DNA of 64,000 nt from Phyllosticta citribraziliensis (Eukaryota), in the NCBI RefSeq assembly GCF_038025025.1, contig NW_027117349.1, positions 806,001-870,000 on the forward strand, written 5' to 3'. Positions 47,074 to 59,188 of this stretch are shown here, piece by piece. How positions within the stretch are numbered: the first letter of the stretch is position 1; each line of letters begins with the position of its first letter. The position numbers and the translations under genes were made by a program. The notes under the pieces were generated by a model. The model saw only the letters and a program-made list of their open reading frames with translations, was not told where the DNA came from and searched no databases.

Positions 47074-48017
47074 ATGTCGAGCCGAGGCGGTAGCGGACGT
47101 GGAAGAGGCAGGGGAAGAGGAGGTGGCAGAGGCCCTTTGCCTCGTGACGTACAGGTCTCAAAAAAGATGAGCAAGATTTTGAGGCATGCTGCAGCAGAGG
47201 AGGGACTGACTTTGGGGCCCGGTGGCTATGTGTCTGTGAAGGAACTGGTAAGTGAACAGTTTTCAGTTTATGTTGGATCCTGCACCCTCTTACCTACCGG
47301 TAAAGTCTGAGTGTTGTTGGCTGTCGTTCTAATGCGTAACAGTTGGAGAGCCGCACTCTTCGCTCCATGAAGGTCAACTTCGATGAGATCCGCTCGATCG
47401 TGTCCTCGAACGAGAAGCAGCGGTTTAACCTGATCCTGGCATCTTCTGATGCGTCTCCTGATTCGAACGACCCGTCCAACTTCCTGATTCGGGCCAACCA
47501 AGGTCACAGCGTTGAGGTCGACAATAGTGGTCTCCTCGAACCTTTGACTATGGAGAATGAATCAGAATGGCCGTCAATGGTTGTGCATGGCACCACAGCT
47601 GGTGCATGGTCGTCAATTCTTGCAAGTGGGGGTCTCAAGAAGATGAAGAGAAACCACATTCATTTCGCGGCGGGATTGCCTGCAGGATTCGCAACTTTCG
47701 ACGGATCCGAGACCCAATCGTCCTCGCAGGATGCCTCTAATGCGGAATCAGCGCAACAAGACAATCCACATGAGGCGCAGACTGATCGCAAAAACTCACC
47801 AGTCATATCCGGCATGCGCAACTCGTCTACCATCCTTATCTACGTGGACTTTCGTCGCGCTCTTGCTGCAGGTATCCCTTTCCACCGCTCAGCCAACAAC
47901 GTCATCCTCTCGGAAGGTCAAGGTGAACAAGGTCTTTTCCCGATCGAATTTTTTGAGAGGGTCGAAGATCGCAAAAATAGAAAAGTTCTGGTTCAGGACG
48001 GCCAGGTGTTGAATTGA
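47074..48017 (+). CDS. TPT1: tRNA 2'-phosphotransferase Tpt1 (KptA family)
   Basis: Motifs VSKKMSKILRH, NEKQRF, IRANQGHS, VHGTT, GGLKKMKRNHIHFA, ISGMR and SANNVILS. Intron 47248-47342. RGG-rich N-terminus. Confidence 0.93.
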
Positions 48018-50319
48018 TAGACGGTAGCTGCTGGACATGAGCTGAGGCACGACAACAGGTTGAGGCCGCTCATGAAAATCACAATTTTGTCAGATTCCAG
48101 CTTCCTACAGTATCCTACCGCTGTAAAATGCGCGACCGCAGAGGATAGTGCTGACTCGATCCGCCTGGGCTTGAGTGAAACGTTCAAGAGGAGCAGCTGA
48201 GCATGATAGATGAGGAATCTGACTCCGAAACATGAGCTCGGCTTCCAGAGCTGACCCAGAAAGGTATTCATTCACGACAATCTCGCTTCGATAGCATGCT
48301 AAAAATGCACGTGTCGCACGTCACTATTTCTTGCAATGTTTATCCCAACTACATAATCGAAGAACTAGCCTCGTTGCTCACCTCACCACTTTGTAATGCC
48401 TCATCGGCAGCAATGCTTTAGCATTGTATGCTTCGCATGCTTCGCATTGTTTCAACCCCTGAGCGTTTGGTAATGCCGAACCCATGCCAATGAATGCACG
48501 CAAGCCTCCCGTCGATTCGCAATCTCTTTACCGCTTTCGCTCGGTACTGGGAATGCCGGAAACCAACCGCAGCTTCCCCGTGCGCACAAAAGCCGATGCT
48601 CCTGGGCGGGCCGGGGCGGTGGGCTCGGATTGCATGTCGTCCAAATTGAGCTACCGACAGAACGTTCTGCCAAAATCTGGCAATGCCTGTTGGCGGCATC
48701 TGATCCGAGACAGGTTTCGGACAAGTCAAGCTCCCATTGGATGACAGATGTCCAGGAGTCGTCCCAAATATTTCTTTTCGAGAAGGCCAAGTCTATCTGT
48801 TGCGGGGTGCTAGATGCCAACCGCGGATGCTGATGCTACCTGGCGGTGCCCAAGCATGTGGGAAAGCAGTGAGCTGTCGACGTACGGAGCGGGCCAGAGA
48901 CGGTTCACGTCTTGCCTTCTTCTGTTTCCCTAGCCTGGTATTAAGAAAAGCATTTCTATACCGGATCTTTAAACTCAACATGATTTGACAAGCACGAAAA
49001 AAGGATTCAGGTCAGTGTTTCGGGGTTTCATGTTGCCACAGAGAACATCCATGGCTCCGCTCTGATGGAAACTCACCGAGCGAATCTCAAGATTGAATTT
49101 GTCTTTGCGGGGAAGCGGCACGATTGGTGAGTGTGCAGATCATCAAAATGAGGACCGGGTCATGGCTGACATACCCTGACATCCTCGTCATCGGCTCTAA
49201 ACTTAGCTACCACCAACAACGGGATACCAACTCCACCATCTGCAGCGGTGCCATCCGCGGTCAAGTGCTTTAAGCTATCGCCGTCGCGGGAAAGCCGTTG
49301 AATACGGGAACCGCCTTTTGGCAAGGTCACCTGTCACCGAACGCGTTGCAAAGAATCATTGCAGTGGCACATCATGCCGATGCAGCTCCTTTCATGGATC
49401 GCTTTCTTTGACTCTCGACCAGCCGGGTGCGCCACTGGAACGGGTCGAGGTTGTCAAAAGCGAAGAAGACCACGCGCTAAGCAGCCCTGTCATAAAACCA
49501 TGTTCCTTCGCGCCGCCACAACCCACACGTCTCGATACCGTTGTCAGAATGTCTACTCGCCGTGGAATCTGGCTGTGCTGATATTCCCAGCTCTGTGCAG
49601 AAGCAGACAACAAGATAAGAAGGAGAGACTGTTTTTGTAAACAAATTTCATCTTGGTGGATCAATGTTTCGCAGTGCAAGCGATCCCAGCTACTGTGCGC
49701 TAGCGGCCCGCGGGGTGTCAAGCGTTGGTGACGGTAGCTTGGGCACAATCGAAACCCCACGTCCAGCAGCTCAGGCTGTATGCAAGAGGTTCGCAAGAGG
49801 TGGAGTTGTTTCTTCACAAGCAACTCTGCATCTTCAATCATCTCGCACTTCAGATGAGTATTTGCATAAAAAGAGGGGTATCTTGGTAGAAGGCGCATCC
49901 ACCATGCCTGGTAAGATTCTAGCTCGCCGACGCATTTGGTCGACCTGGGACCCGGGATCTTACACATGCCCAACTTTGGCCTAGGTTCCGTGCCGAATCT
50001 CCACCAGATGTTGCCGGCGAAAGAAAAGGAATCCATGCGCGACTCCATGCGCATGGGACTCGCTTCTGCAAGCCACGAGGAAATCGCAGAATGGCACAGC
50101 TAGCGCGGAATCCCTCCAAGCGTTCGCGGGGATTTGAAATTTGGTTCATGAAGCCCCTTGTGCCTCGTCCCGGCGCCCATCCTTACTGACGTCCAAAGTT
50201 TCCTTTGATTGAAACTGGACATGTCTAGTCCATCTCCTACTTTCCAAACCCTCCACTGATACTCCACGCATTCAGCTTCAAGAAGTGTTCGCCTGAGCCT
50301 GCGGCTCAAGACCGCAACA

Positions 50320-51780
50320 ATGTCTCCACCAGTGGGCTCCGAGGACTGGTACGAGCAAAACAGAGGACCCGCTGTGATTGTTGCCGTCGGAGTCATGATG
50401 GGGCTTTCGACGTTTGCATTCGGGGCTAGGATTATCTCCAGAAGAATCGTGGGCTCATCCTGGGACTGGTCGGACACCACTCTGCTTTTCGGCTATCTCC
50501 TTGGAATCGTCATCAACGTCTGCGCCATTGTAGGCTCTGCTCAAGGGTTTGGAAGACATCTTGCCTACGTTGCTAGCCATACCAACCTTGAGAATCTATT
50601 AAAGGTGAGCACTCGTGTGCTTGAATTCAAGGACCCCTTTTAACCTGCGTTCAGATCAACTTCACTGCTCAGGTGGCCTACCTGTGGTCCCTTACGCTCA
50701 TTAAGATTTCCATTCTCTTATTCTATCGACGCATCTTTGCAGTGCGCAAGCACCAGATTGCCATCAAGGTCGTGTTTGTGATTGTCCTTCTGTGGTGGTT
50801 CATTTTCTTCACCTTGATGTGTACCAAGTGCAAACCTGTCTCGCACTGGTGGACAAACATCCTATCTTGCGGAAGCTTTCATGCCGAGTTCATCGCCTGT
50901 GCTGCCGTCAACTCACTCATCGACATACTCGTGCTGGCAATCCCTGTGTGGGGAATCAGCGGACTTGGACTGCAGAGAAAACAGAAGATCAGCGTTGGCG
51001 CTCTGTTCCTGACTGGCTCTGTGTAAGTTGACAACATGTTTTTCGGGAAGCTCTTGCTAACACAAATCTACAGCGTAGTCGTAGCATCCCTTGTCCGCCT
51101 AGTCTACCTGGTTGAATTCAGCTTGGTAGATCTGACTTGTATGTTCATTCCCAATCAGCTGACAGACAGACTTCTAACGTGGTAATTGTGCAGGGAAATA
51201 CATACCCGCAGCTACTTGGTCATTGATTGAAGTCAATCTCGCCGTAGTCAGCGCATGCCTACCCTTCATGCAACCTCTCCTTGTCCGCGTCCTTGGTGCC
51301 CTCCACCTCATGACCAGACCGGACAGCAACAACACCAACTCGACCAAAATGTCTCGAGTACCTCGATCGCCCCCATCGCGCCCGTCACGCAAGCCGCGCG
51401 GAGACCTCGACTCCATCTCCATTTCAAAAAGCATAGAAGATATTGAGACAGGGCTGCACGCCCCACCAGACAACGACAGCCAGACGCTTGTCGAGGCGCA
51501 AGCAACCATCGTCAGTAAGGAGGAGCGCCGATACACGACCGTCAGCCAGGACAGCGAGGTGCCAGACTCGGCCATCAAAGTGAACACGGACATCAAAATG
51601 ACGTTCGACAACATCCGCCGAGCATCAGAATTGCGGCAGTCGCGGGCGAATCGATCATTGAAGTCCAACGATGACATGCACAGGTCGTCGACAAGAACGT
51701 CGCCGACCAGGCAGTCGATCAAGTCGTTCGTCACGTCGCGGTCGGTGAAGACGTTTTCGTCGTGGGAGCGGCTGTCATGA
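50320..51780 (+). CDS. PTH11-like (rhodopsin-domain) multi-pass membrane protein with a long Ser/Arg-rich C-terminal tail
   Basis: Three introns (about 50604-50654, 51022-51073, 51139-51193). Motifs GFGRH, LTLIKISILLFYRRIF, IDILVLAIP, QKISVGALF and WSLIEVNLAVVSACLP. The stop context is TGA CTAG (see findings). Confidence 0.87.
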
Positions 51781-52394
51781 CTAGATGATTGGTGCACCTG
51801 GTACGACGCCCTCTTACACGGGCCTCCGCCACTGCCTGGCGAGCGCACAGGCCTGGCGAGAGCGTCCAGCGTTTTCAGGCTGTCGAGACCCAAAATGGCG
51901 CTTTTGGGCCCGCCGGCTCAGTCTGTGCGGAGTTCGTATGCGACGGCCAGAGAAAACAGCATGGGAGGGTCGGAGACGGGGGATTCGGTCTGGTTTTCCA
52001 AGCTCATCGACTGGAGTTGGAGTCATGAAAGTTCGTTCATGTCTATCGGGGAGAGGAGGGTGGAGACTGCGACGAGAGGCGTGGCGAGGGTGTCGGGGTT
52101 CTTGTGGCCGGGATGGAGCAAGAGGTGATAATGTTTACTGCTTGATACCACCACCTGTGACTTGATGCGGGTAATGAATCCGGAGGAGAGCCAGTCGTTG
52201 AAAGGTCTTGTGTGGAAGGCTTTTACGCCAAAGGCCACATTGTACATACAATGGAAAAAAGCAGCTCATCTGAGATAGAACCTGTGTGGGAATAACCACT
52301 TTGTCCTGAACGCCAACGCCGATGTCATGCCGTACAACAACATAACCAGGGAGGAGACAAAACAGACGTCCCATTGCCTTCCGCTGCCCATGTC

Positions 52395-53322
52395 TTACTC
52401 GAAAAAACCGCCATCGCTGTCTTCGTCCTCCTCGACGACTTCCCCCTGTTTCTTTGCCTTGTTGTCCTTTGCGGGCCCGGATGTCTTCTTTGTCGTCGGG
52501 GCCTTAGTTTTCTTAGACACAGAGTCCGCAGCGGCAGAGCCGGCGGCGGGCGTAATGCTCTTTTCGACGTCCCTCTCTTCTCTCCACTCCAATCCATTGC
52601 GCAACGCCTCCAGGGCTGACGTGCCTTGGCTCGTCCGCGTTTCAACTTCCTTCCACATTGTCTCGTCCCCGCCTACTCGCACCGTTTCGCCACCAACCTT
52701 TGTGGCGCCATCCTGGTCCTTTTCACTATTCGACCTGGCTCTGGACGTGTACAGAGAAGTGTATGGGCGGATGAGCGGGTAGTAAAGTGTGTAGTGAAGG
52801 TCGACTTCTGCAATGTGCTTCTGGTCCTCGAGCTCTTTTTGTGCGGCGGGGTCGGAGTTCTCGTTCAAATTGCGGACGGCCTTCTTGAGGAAGCGCGATG
52901 CTTTTTGACGCTCTGTTGACTGTCAGCGCTGGCCATCTCTTCGCTGACCCAGTCTTGTGATTTGAGCACATACCAAAGAATCGGGCCTTGTGATATTTGG
53001 GAATCAAGTCCTGCTTCAACCTTTCGCCTTGCGCAACCCACAACTCGTGCTCCTTGGACGCCAGCTCGCGCTCCTTGTTGACGCGAATATTCGCCGGCAT
53101 TTCCTCTCCAACTCGCGATAGTTGTCGGCGCAAGTCCCGAATCTTGTCCTTCAAAGGATTGAGAGAAAACTTCTTGGGCTGGTATTTTGGGTGCTGTTTT
53201 CCTGGAGCGCCGATTTTCTGCTTCTTTTGGAAGGGCGTTTGGCCGTCGCCTTTGCGTTTTTGGTTCCCGGTCATGTTGGTAGCCTCGTCGGATTCTGGTC
53301 TCGCGCGCTTGATTCCTGGCAT
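52395..53322 (-). CDS. EFG1: rRNA-processing protein Efg1
   Basis: Motifs KIRDLRRQL, PKYHKARFF|ERQKASR, HIAEVDLHYTLYYP and YTSLY, with acidic C-terminus DSDGGFFE. Intron 52913-52973. Confidence 0.9.
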
Positions 53323-53677
53323 TCTGCTTGCCGCCGTGAGAGAAGGGAAGGTTGGGGAGACAGTTTTTCTTGCGATGCAGACGCACATCTGCGGTCGCAG
53401 ATGGCACGTGCGTCAACTAACTTTCCAGGGTCAGCGGCTCAACTTCGCATAAACACGCCTCGCGACGAGCCAGACTCGACGACTCCATCTCTCTGTCTCG
53501 ACATAAATATCATGCGACATCTTTCACACTTCAATTAATCGAAATAGAGCAGCCCGGATCCATCTGTCTTTCATCATGCTTTAGAATGGCCCCCGCAGAA
53601 GTCCGTCTTTGTCTCTCCTCGTCTCATCCTCTCAATATCATGATTATTTCCGCGAAGAGGACTCCAAACACACCACC
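53323..53677. promoter_or_regulatory. Short bidirectional promoter region shared by EFG1 and SEA4
   Basis: Head-to-head start codons 355 bp apart. Contains CACGTG and a CATCTG/CAGATG palindrome. Confidence 0.6.
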
Positions 53678-56600
53678 ATGGAAGCAGCCATTCGATGGTC
53701 GCCCCATGCGACCCAAGATTCTCCTCAGTTCATAATTGTCGACGTTGCAGGGAATCGACTTCGCCTGTGTCATCTCGACTCCATCGGCGCGGACGGGCAC
53801 GTGAACTGGACACAGGTTGCGCAACGCGACAAACTCCCCAATTTCACGGCTTTCGACTGGTCCAAGACGGATTCTCGTCGTGTTGCCATTGGTTCTGCAT
53901 CGGGAGAGGCCAGTGTCATTGACATTGATGCGGGCCGCCCCGACTCAAACTACAACTTCGTCGCACACTCCTTTCCGATCAAGCATCAGCGGAAGTGCAA
54001 CTCCATCGCCTTCAGCACGAGCAATCTTCTTGCCACGGGGCTCGACCGAGTCCGCAATGACTTTTGTATGAACATCTATGACCTCAATGCCCCAGGAACA
54101 GCTGGAAATCAAGACCCATACAAGAAACTTGCAAGCTCCGAAGCCATCACTAGCATAAAATTCTTCCCCGGGCATCCACAAATGCTTGTTGCTGGCGTGT
54201 CGAGACAGTGTATCAGACTCTATGATTTGAGAGGTTCGTATTCTGCCGCTTCCTTTTGCTTAATCAGTGCCATGTTCTGGCGCCACGTCTTCAAGAATCC
54301 ATGTCCCCTCCTACACAATCCGTTTCCACGCGGTAGCCGACGCTACTGACACCGCAAATCAGATTCCTCTCCCATTAGTGCGGCACAGTACGGGACTCGT
54401 CAGGTTCACAACTTGGCCATCGATCCACTGGACGAGAACTACATTATTTCAGCTGGTCCAACAAGTGACCCAACCGTCAGCATTTGGGACCGTAGATTCG
54501 CGTCCCGACCAGGACCCACGACTCCCTCAGGTGAAGCTGCTGTCGGTGCTGTTCTCGAAATTCGTCCTGTCGTAGACAACAGTCATGGTTCAGCCGTCTG
54601 GGGCCTCCGGTTTTCTGGTAGCCAACGCGGATGTTTCGGGGCTCTAGCAAGCACTGGAGAGCTCAAGGTCGCTGAAATCGCACAGTATGAAGTCAAAGAG
54701 CATGGGACATCATCTGCTGGACTGCGGTACCAGCACTATACGAAATTCTCACACAACCTTCGGTATCCGTGGTACGATCCACATTTTGGCCATGACGAAA
54801 CATCTCGGGCCATGGCTTTCGACTTCATGAATTACGCATCTCCGATTGGGGACCACAGCACAATTGTTCTTCATCCCAACAGCGAGATCAAAGCCATGAA
54901 AATTCCAATGCAAGCCCCGCGAGTTCATCTGACCGCAATGAACGAGCTATACAGAGACTTGACGGCCATAGCCAATCCTTCGCCCGCGGAAAGCAACGTC
55001 GCAGAGGATCTCTCACAGCTTCAAGATCGAGCCATCGGTTCGGCCAAGTCCAACGCCCTCTCGGCTCGCATGGAGAAGCTAAGCATGGAGAATTTCGGCC
55101 ACAAAGCCCCAATCGCCGGTTTCGCTGTGACCAGCCGGGCACGTCACGAAGAGCTCCTGGCTTTGGGTTATCCCAATGTGAGGATAGGAATTGAAGACGG
55201 CCTCAAAGCTCTTTCGACTGCCAAGCGTCGTGCCAAAGAAGGTTACAATCTGGATTGCAAGAAGAACAAGCAGATTGTCGCCAACGACCCTTGGTTAGTA
55301 GGGCTATGGGATCAGATCCAGCGGTTGGAAGACCTGGCCAAAGACGACGGCATGGTCGCAGAAGGCGTTGACCTCAGTTACCTTGGTGTGGCCTACATTT
55401 GGGAAAACACACTGGGCGGCCAGCAAAATGGGTATCGTCTCATCGGCAGACCTTCAGTGTCTCCTCAAGACTTCCGCAGAGTTGTTTGCGAGATTGTCAA
55501 AGAAAAGGAATTTCCTCCGTTTCAGGGTGTCAAAACACAACGACCAGAGCACCGTCAACTTTGCCTGGCCACTTGCGGTTGGACCTTCTCCGCCCAGCGC
55601 ATTCGAGAAAATTGCAAGACGCTCATTGAGCAAGGCCATCATTACAAGGCAATTGTCTTGGCTGTTTTCAAAGGCCACAAGGACATTGCACTGGATTTTC
55701 TCAAGCAGCTGGTCAAGCAACGAGTGTTGCAAAATATTGGTCTTGGTGCCGTCATTGCCTGCGACACCGTCAACAGCGAGCAAAGAGAACTGTGCCAGTG
55801 GATGGTGGAGGAGACAGACGACCCATATCTCAAAGCCTTGCTGCAATACTTCATCAGTGGCGACTGGGATACTGTGGTAAAGATGGAAGAACTGGCTCTC
55901 ATCGATCGGACTGGCATTGCCTTGAAGTACTTGGATGACGAGCGACTCTCGCACTTCATCAAAGCGACTTATGCCAGCGTCCGCGAGACTGGAGACATTG
56001 AAGGTATTGTGCTGACTGGACTGGCCGAACGCGCCATGGACCTCTTTGGCGAATACCTCGCTCGCTTTGGTGACCTGCAAACTGCAGTTCTCGCCATGGC
56101 GCGCACAAATCCACTCTACATATCCGACCCTCGTTGGGACTACTGGAGAGATCTCTACTTCATGCAAATGCAGGCCTGGCGCTGCTTCATCGAGCGCACG
56201 CGCTTCATCGTAGCTCACAACCGAGCAGCAACCACTCGCGATGCTGTTTGCCTAAATCGCCCATTCCCTCGTCAAATCGCCATCCGCTGCAACCACTGCC
56301 AGCTTTCTCTTGCTCGCCGTGGCGATTCTCTCGTCCCTCTCGAGAATGCTACAGCAAGGCCCCAGGGCTATCAGCATGGCCTCCTCACTCCAAGTGCCAG
56401 CTCGACCAAACTCGCAACCGCCAAGCACCAGATTCAATCCAAAAACAACCCCGCTCATAACGCAGGTCTTGTCTGCCCCCGCTGTGGGCGTAGAATGCCC
56501 CGCTGTGGGATCTGTATGATGGCGCTCGGCAGTCCCGACCCGGCGACGACCGGCGGCGCAGAAACGCTCGCAAGGGAGGACAGAGAGGCGCGCCAGATGG

Positions 56601-56716
56601 TGTTTTGCATGACATGCACGCACGGATTCCATGGTCATCATGCCAGAGATTGGTTTGCGAAGCACAAGAATTGTCCGGTGCCGGATTGCGGATGCGTATG
56701 TGGTGTTTTGCGCTGA
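53678..56716 (+). CDS. SEA4: GATOR2/SEACAT subunit Mio/Sea4 (WD40, solenoid, C-terminal zinc ribbon/RING)
   Basis: Motifs RKCNSIAF, LLATGLDRVRNDF, DPYLKALL and GDLQTA. C-terminal CPRCGRRMPRCGIC...FCMTCTHGFHGHHARDWFAKHKNCPVPDCGCVC. Intron 54234-54362. Confidence 0.9.
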
Positions 56717-59188
56717 GGCCTACAGACAGATCAGAGGAGCAGTGATTCACAGGGAGTCTAGGTCTGTCCCCCAGAGTCATCTGCAAACCTTTAGACAATT
56801 GATTGTTTAGGCAATTCTTTCACACAAGTTTGAAGTCCCAGTGAGCTCTCTGTTGAGTATGCTTTGTAACCTCCAGATAAAAATTTAGCCAACAACACTC
56901 CGCACCGCCTTCCCCTCCACAACATTATCACGGTTGATGGATACTTTGTCGGCGAAGATTCTCCTTCAACGCCGATTTCAGAAGTCAAAACGACTAAGCT
57001 TCTATCTCCACAACTATGGCACCTTCCGCTCAAGTTCAAATAGAGTTTTCGAGAGAAGTGCGTAATTGGGGCTCAACCGACTAGAGTTCAGCCGCAGGAG
57101 AACAAAGTCAACATCAATCGATTGCGCTTCAGTGGTCACAAAAACGTCATTTCGCCCCCTGAATTCTGCGAACGCCAAAAGGAATCAAATAAGCAGTGGT
57201 AATAGATCAACCCTAGCGCCTTACAGTCAAGGAGACATCCGTCTCAAAGATCCTGTGCTTCCTCGGATGGCGGGAGATTGAAACCGCAGTCGGGATATCC
57301 TTGCACGCTAAGGGTGACGAACATGAGGACCTTTGGTGCCCGTCGTCCTGCAGTCACTTGCGTCATCACCAGGCATCGTTTTATGTAAAAGGTAGTCTGC
57401 TTGGCTCCCGCGCGCCATGGGGACCTAGACTTGTCTCAATCTCCAATCTACTATCGCATGGGTCAATGCTTAACAAGCTACAACAAGCTTGTCGAGGGGC
57501 GTTTAGTGGAGCTTGTGGCGCTGTCAATCCTCCTCGACGTTGATTGGCTTGTGAAACCTACTTGCTAGAAGCCGTCATTCGTCTGGCGCTTAGCAAATCT
57601 GTTCTTGGATCGTCTACTACAGCAACCCTTACCTCCTTTGCCGCTGTCACGCCCGTATACTTGCTGTACGCCGCGTTCTATTACCGTTCCTAGTCGGAAG
57701 AGTGCCCAAGCCTTATTTGGCTCGTTCGCCGGGTCGTGGATCTAATCTGCGTCTTTTCTCAGGCACAGAATCCTGAAACGGCGAGGCTTCAGCGGAACCG
57801 CCTTCCTAACACACGAATTGCGCTCTGCGACTCGCATGCGCCCAAGTACAATAGACCAAGTAGGCTTGGCCGATCCTCTATATTGCCCTCTACTAACGGG
57901 GACATCTAGGCAGCTTGGCCGCTAGAGTACGTATAAATCTCGTGGCATGAAACTCTCTGTTGTCCATGTATAATGGATTTGCAATGACTGACCAAGCAAG
58001 CCACACGGCGAATTCTCGACTCGAAATCCCCGAGTGCCATTCGTTTGGCTTGTCGCTGAGGTGGCACGCAAGCCACGCGGGACGATCCTGATCGGGGGAC
58101 GACCACTCTCCCGCCGCTAGATCTCATGGCGTCTTGATTCAAGCTGTATTTGCACTTCACTGCAAACACCACACCCAGGTATATCTGACTCCTTCGTGGG
58201 TGATGAGATTGGCTGATGGCTATCGCGCGGTGATCTTGTCTTATTGTTCTTATTGAAACAAGGCGTTTGCGCAAACAAATGAAAGCCATGCCAATCTTGA
58301 CGATCATTCTCAAAGGAACTTACAGAATTGGTAGGTGGTGATGCGACATCAATTCATGAATCTGGCTCTTTGTCGTGCTGTAGTGCCCATGTCCTGAGAG
58401 CAAAATGTTATGACAATAGATGAGTAAAGGATCTTCTGACAAAATCGCCTGCGCCAAGGTTCTCTGTGGCTGTGGAGGTTGCCTCACATCTTTCAGGGAG
58501 AAGGAGAATGTCTAAACAGTCAGGTGCTTTTGTACTTGCACACAATTGTTGAAGCCGGCTATTGCCGGAATCTGCGACACGGCCAAGAAGGTAGCCGCAA
58601 TATCCGGCACGCCATCGGGTTCGCGAACGAGTTCGTAACCGGATTCGTAGCGCTTTTTCGAGCGAGACCTGACACCTCGGTTATGATTACTGTCGAACAT
58701 GCAAGGTGCGCTGAGGTCTTGACACTAGCAGTGACTGACAACATAGCTTGCCAACTTGCTTAAGCTGCAAAGCCCTTTAATAGTATCGCGGCGTCAATGG
58801 TGCTACAGTAGACAAGAGTTGGTGGCAATTTTATGAAATTTTCGACAAACGAACGTCCTTCGACGCTTCCGAGGTACGGGATGAATGCTTCCTAGGTATT
58901 ACTGAGATAATTCATGGTTGGTCCTCAAGTCGTGCTGCTATGGTGGACGAAAGCTTCTTGGATATTGCTGTGATGGTAAATGCCAGAACGACAGGAGTGT
59001 ATCGAAGTCCTTGTGTCTCTGCTGACAATTATGTTACAAAACAGACTTGATTGAATACTACATGTTTATCCTTCTGTATTTGAACACGCGTCGCAAAAAC
59101 AAAAAGAAACTCTTCAAAGAACAAATCAAGATCCAGAGGACGGGTGCCCGAGGTAACCATGACCAGCACAGCCTGTCCTTACAACGCC

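Noticed and set aside
2529..48017. SEN15 and TPT1, two tRNA-splicing pathway genes, in one window
   Set aside because: They are about 44 kb apart with many unrelated genes between them. Nothing suggests a functional cluster and chance is sufficient.
48018..50319. ORFs of 60-220 aa between TPT1 and the second PTH11-like gene, such as 49392-50054 (-)
   Set aside because: No domain motifs, no consistent codon bias and no coherent exon chain.
56717..59188. Possible small or decayed gene between SEA4 and the PKS
   Set aside because: Only short ORFs and isolated splice-like sites; I could not assemble a credible gene or pseudogene.
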